NCBI GenBank assembly: GCA_034717975.1
Contig: JAYEMF010000144.1
Location: forward strand, 1-29,748
Direction: 5' to 3'
From: Campylobacterota bacterium
GTDB taxonomy: Bacteria; Campylobacterota; Campylobacteria; Campylobacterales; Sulfurimonadaceae
Length of the DNA: 29,748 bases
The notes beneath the pieces are model-generated. The model was not told where the DNA came from and ran no database searches. It was given only the letters and a program-made list of their open reading frames with translations. Shown here piece after piece: positions 27,190 to 29,748 of this stretch; position 1 is the first letter of the stretch; each line of letters begins with the position of its first letter. The position numbers and the translations under genes are program-made.

Positions 27190-27486
27190 ATGAAAGTCAC
27201 TAAAAAAGTAACATTTATCGCTAAAGAAGGGCATGAAAAGCAGCTCTCTACCCTTCTCAATGAGATGATCACACCATCACGCAACGAACACGGATGTCTG
27301 CTTTACGACATTTTTCAGTATGAAAGTGATTCGAAAAAGTTTATCGTGATCGAGTCATGGGCAGATGAAGAAGCACTTGATGGACACAAGCACTCTAAGC
27401 ATTACCTGCACTACAAATCACATTATGAAGTGCATACCGATGATAAGTTTAGTGATAATCTTAATATTTTGGGAGATCTTTTTTAA
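27190..27486 (+). CDS. ABM/LsrG-family protein, paralog 1
   Basis: PSRNEHGCLLYDIF...FIVIESW.DEEALDGH...HY motif. GGAGAG RBS. Confidence 0.88.
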   Translation: MKVTKKVTFIAKEGHEKQLSTLLNEMITPSRNEHGCLLYDIFQYESDSKKFIVIESWADEEALDGHKHSKHYLHYKSHYEVHTDDKFSDNLNILGDLF

Positions 27487-27505
27487 GAATGTCTATCGAC
27501 GATTT

Positions 27506-27841
27506 TCTTTCTTTTTTATTCCGAAAAAAAGAAAGAGGGCACGTGTGTCCAATGCCATTTCAAAGCATTGGATGAAGAAAAAATACGTTTACCAAAGCTC
27601 CGCGGATTCAATTAGTTAGAAGTGCCTTAAAAGTATCAGGCTGACAGTTATTGTCATAGCCTATGAAACTACATACGCTGTACCCTCATGCCATAAAAAC
27701 TCAAACGTCAGCCAAATCCAAAGACAGCAAAAATTACTCAGACCACAACCGAGCCTATGTAACTAAACAGACACCCTTCCCGAACAGCCAAAAAAATGTT
27801 TTTTTGTTTCTTGTTTTGCGCCAAAAAAAGAAAGAAGAGAC
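27506..27841. repeat. ~300 bp structured dispersed repeat, copy B (inverted relative to copy A)
   Basis: Reverse complement aligns with 1262-1527. Terminal stem 27506-27517/27525-27536, extra hairpin 27548-27572. Between convergent ABM genes. Confidence 0.85.
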
Positions 27842-27856
27842 TTCTATAAAAAACAG

Positions 27857-28144
27857 TTAGCTCAACACTTCCAACTCATCACTATATTTTTCCAAACAGT
27901 ACTGCTCGTAACTCGACTTATACACCTTATAGTGTGCCGTACTCTTATGGCCATCAAGCGCCTTTTCATCTCTCCACGTCTCTACCGCCATAAACTTTTC
28001 AGGTCTGTTTTCATACTGAAAGATATCGTAAAAAATACATCCATCTTCAGCTTTTGACGGCTCTACCATTGCTGTTAAAAGCTCTTTCATTTTAGCAATG
28101 CCATCAGGTTTTGCAATAAATGTTACACGTTTTGTTATTGTCAT
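27857..28144 (-). CDS. ABM/LsrG-family protein, paralog 2 (probable P-DPD isomerase by context)
   Basis: PSKAEDGCIFYDIF...FMAVETW.DEKALDGHK..HY. Directly downstream of lsrK. Confidence 0.88.
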   Translation of the reverse strand: MTITKRVTFIAKPDGIAKMKELLTAMVEPSKAEDGCIFYDIFQYENRPEKFMAVETWRDEKALDGHKSTAHYKVYKSSYEQYCLEKYSDELEVLS

Positions 28145-28162
28145 ATTTTCCTCTTTAAATAA

Positions 28163-29728
28163 TTATAGGCCCGGAGCTTTCCACATCGATGTAGTTACCC
28201 CTGCATCGACCAGTGCCAACTGAGCAGCATAGGCATTTTGCCACTGCTTTGAAATCTCCAGATATCGTTTATGATTTTGTAAATTTGGTTCATACGTTTT
28301 ATCCCAACTCACCAAAGATGTAGCTGCCTCTTCGATTGAACCATAGGTACCAACCGCTGTTCCAGCCGCAAAAGCACCACCAAGGGCGGTGGCTTCATTA
28401 ACAGCCGGGATTTTGACATTTTTTCCAGTTACATCAGCTAATATCTGGCTCCAGAGTTTTCCCTTGCTGGCTCCACCGGCAAAAGTAATCGTATCGGTAC
28501 TCACTCCGGTAAATCTAAAGATCGCTTCCAGATTCAACATCGAGACAATGGCCGCATTCTCTTCAAGCGAACGAAACATTGCCGCTTTCGAGCCAATTGC
28601 CGGATCAATAGAGAGGTTTAAGAATGAAGGGGCCGCGTGATACCATTTTCCGTAGTGCATTGTATCGGAAAAGATCGGTAAAATCCCATGTGAACCAACG
28701 GGTACATCAGCGGCCATTCTTTCTAGAAGCTCATAAGGGTCTATTCCCATCTCTACGGCACGCTTCTTCTCGTCCTGTGCCAATGCATCACGAAACCAGC
28801 GCATGATCAAACCGGAAAAAAAGGTAATCCCTTCTGCCTGAGAGATACCAGGGATGACATGCGGATTGATACGGATATCCATCGTCGGATCTGTTTTGGC
28901 CGTCGGCATATTGACCAGCTGCTGCCAGAATGTGCCGCCAAGTACAGCAACCTGATTTGGCTTGACAACACCAAGACCTGCACTTCCCAGCTGTACATCA
29001 CCGCCACCCATAACAACAGGCGTCCCTGTAGCAAGACCTGTTTCATCGGCGGCTTCTCTAGTCACTTCGCCTATAATGGTCCCAGGCTCATAAACCGGCG
29101 GAAAGATATCATCTTTCAGACCGACTTCTTTAGCCATCTCAGGCATCCATTGTCGGCTTTTAAGGGAAAAAATACCGCTGGTACCCCCGTTGGATGGATC
29201 CGTAGCAATTATACCGCTTAGTTTTGTCAACGCCCAGTCGCTGATCATATTGATCGAAGCGACTTTCTCATAAATCTGTGGTTGGTTCTTTTTTACCCAA
29301 AGAAGTCTTGGGAGCGCACCAAGGGCGAAGGTCTGCCCGCTGTGTTCATAAAAGCTTCGCTCAGCATCGGGGTAAGTCAGGTTTAGTTCAGCCACCTCCT
29401 TGTCTGCACGTGCATCAACATTGGCTACACCAAAGAGCTCATTGCCCTCTTTATCATAAAGCAGTATTCCCTCACGCATACTGGTTGCTGTTACTGCTAC
29501 TATTTCACTGCTTCGAATACCCGCTTTAGCAATTGCCTCCCGTATACATTCACAGAGAAGTTTCCAATTGATTCTAAAATCAAATCCCATTGAATTTGGG
29601 ACACCCGGCTCACTAAGATGGGTCCACTCCTGCTGTCCAATGGAAATCTGACGCCCTGCTGCATCAAAGATAACAGCTCGTCCACTTCCTGTACCGGCAT
29701 CGATAGTCATAAAGTATTGATTTGGCAT
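28163..29728 (-). CDS. lsrK: Autoinducer-2 kinase LsrK (FGGY family)
   Basis: IDAGTGSGRAVIFD, TSMREG, NVDARA, SGQTFAL, DPSNGGTSG, GGGDVQLG, LGGTFWQQ, RINPHV, WYHAAPSF, FAGGASKGKLWSQILADV, and the C-terminal WKAPGL typical of LsrK. Confidence 0.92.
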   Translation of the reverse strand: MPNQYFMTIDAGTGSGRAVIFDAAGRQISIGQQEWTHLSEPGVPNSMGFDFRINWKLLCECIREAIAKAGIRSSEIVAVTATSMREGILLYDKEGNELFGVANVDARADKEVAELNLTYPDAERSFYEHSGQTFALGALPRLLWVKKNQPQIYEKVASINMISDWALTKLSGIIATDPSNGGTSGIFSLKSRQWMPEMAKEVGLKDDIFPPVYEPGTIIGEVTREAADETGLATGTPVVMGGGDVQLGSAGLGVVKPNQVAVLGGTFWQQLVNMPTAKTDPTMDIRINPHVIPGISQAEGITFFSGLIMRWFRDALAQDEKKRAVEMGIDPYELLERMAADVPVGSHGILPIFSDTMHYGKWYHAAPSFLNLSIDPAIGSKAAMFRSLEENAAIVSMLNLEAIFRFTGVSTDTITFAGGASKGKLWSQILADVTGKNVKIPAVNEATALGGAFAAGTAVGTYGSIEEAATSLVSWDKTYEPNLQNHKRYLEISKQWQNAYAAQLALVDAGVTTSMWKAPGL

Positions 29729-29748
29729 TATTGTTCCTTATTAAGAAA

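Noticed and set aside
27365..27860. Short ORFs 27365-27619 and 27663-27860
   Set aside because: They lie in the 300-bp repeat or overlap a real gene, and show no protein-like features.

Overview
A mostly housekeeping segment of a Campylobacterota (epsilonproteobacterial) chromosome, probably Sulfurimonas/Sulfuricurvum-like (inferred from gene order and protein style). Gene order: moaA, an oppositely oriented moeA-four-helix-bundle-queE-queD block, a membrane protein, rsmE, a heme-c/PilZ-like chemoreceptor, rpmE-rsmI-rlmB, two envelope proteins, an aminotransferase, hom, a lone FdhF-like molybdoenzyme, yraN-trxA-orf-trxB-dapB-purF-radical SAM, a Sel1 protein, riboflavin synthase, an MnmD-like methyltransferase, and an AI-2 cluster (luxS, class II aldolase, two LsrG-like genes, lsrK). 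The most striking feature is a family of palindromic elements built from 7-nt units (GGAAAGA/GGGAAGA-like arm, variable loop, TCTTTCC/TCTTCCC-like arm). It occurs seven times. One copy encloses a four-helix-bundle (23S-IVP/bAvd-like) gene in its loop, six are empty, and one of the empty copies is inserted in frame in a CDS. This looks like a gene-bearing element plus non-autonomous derivatives. Three other repeat families are present: a ~300 bp structured repeat in two copies, GTCATTCC...GGAATGAC REP-like palindromes, and a GGGCACCTCTAAA MITE-like end. All calls come from reading the sequence; no searches were run.
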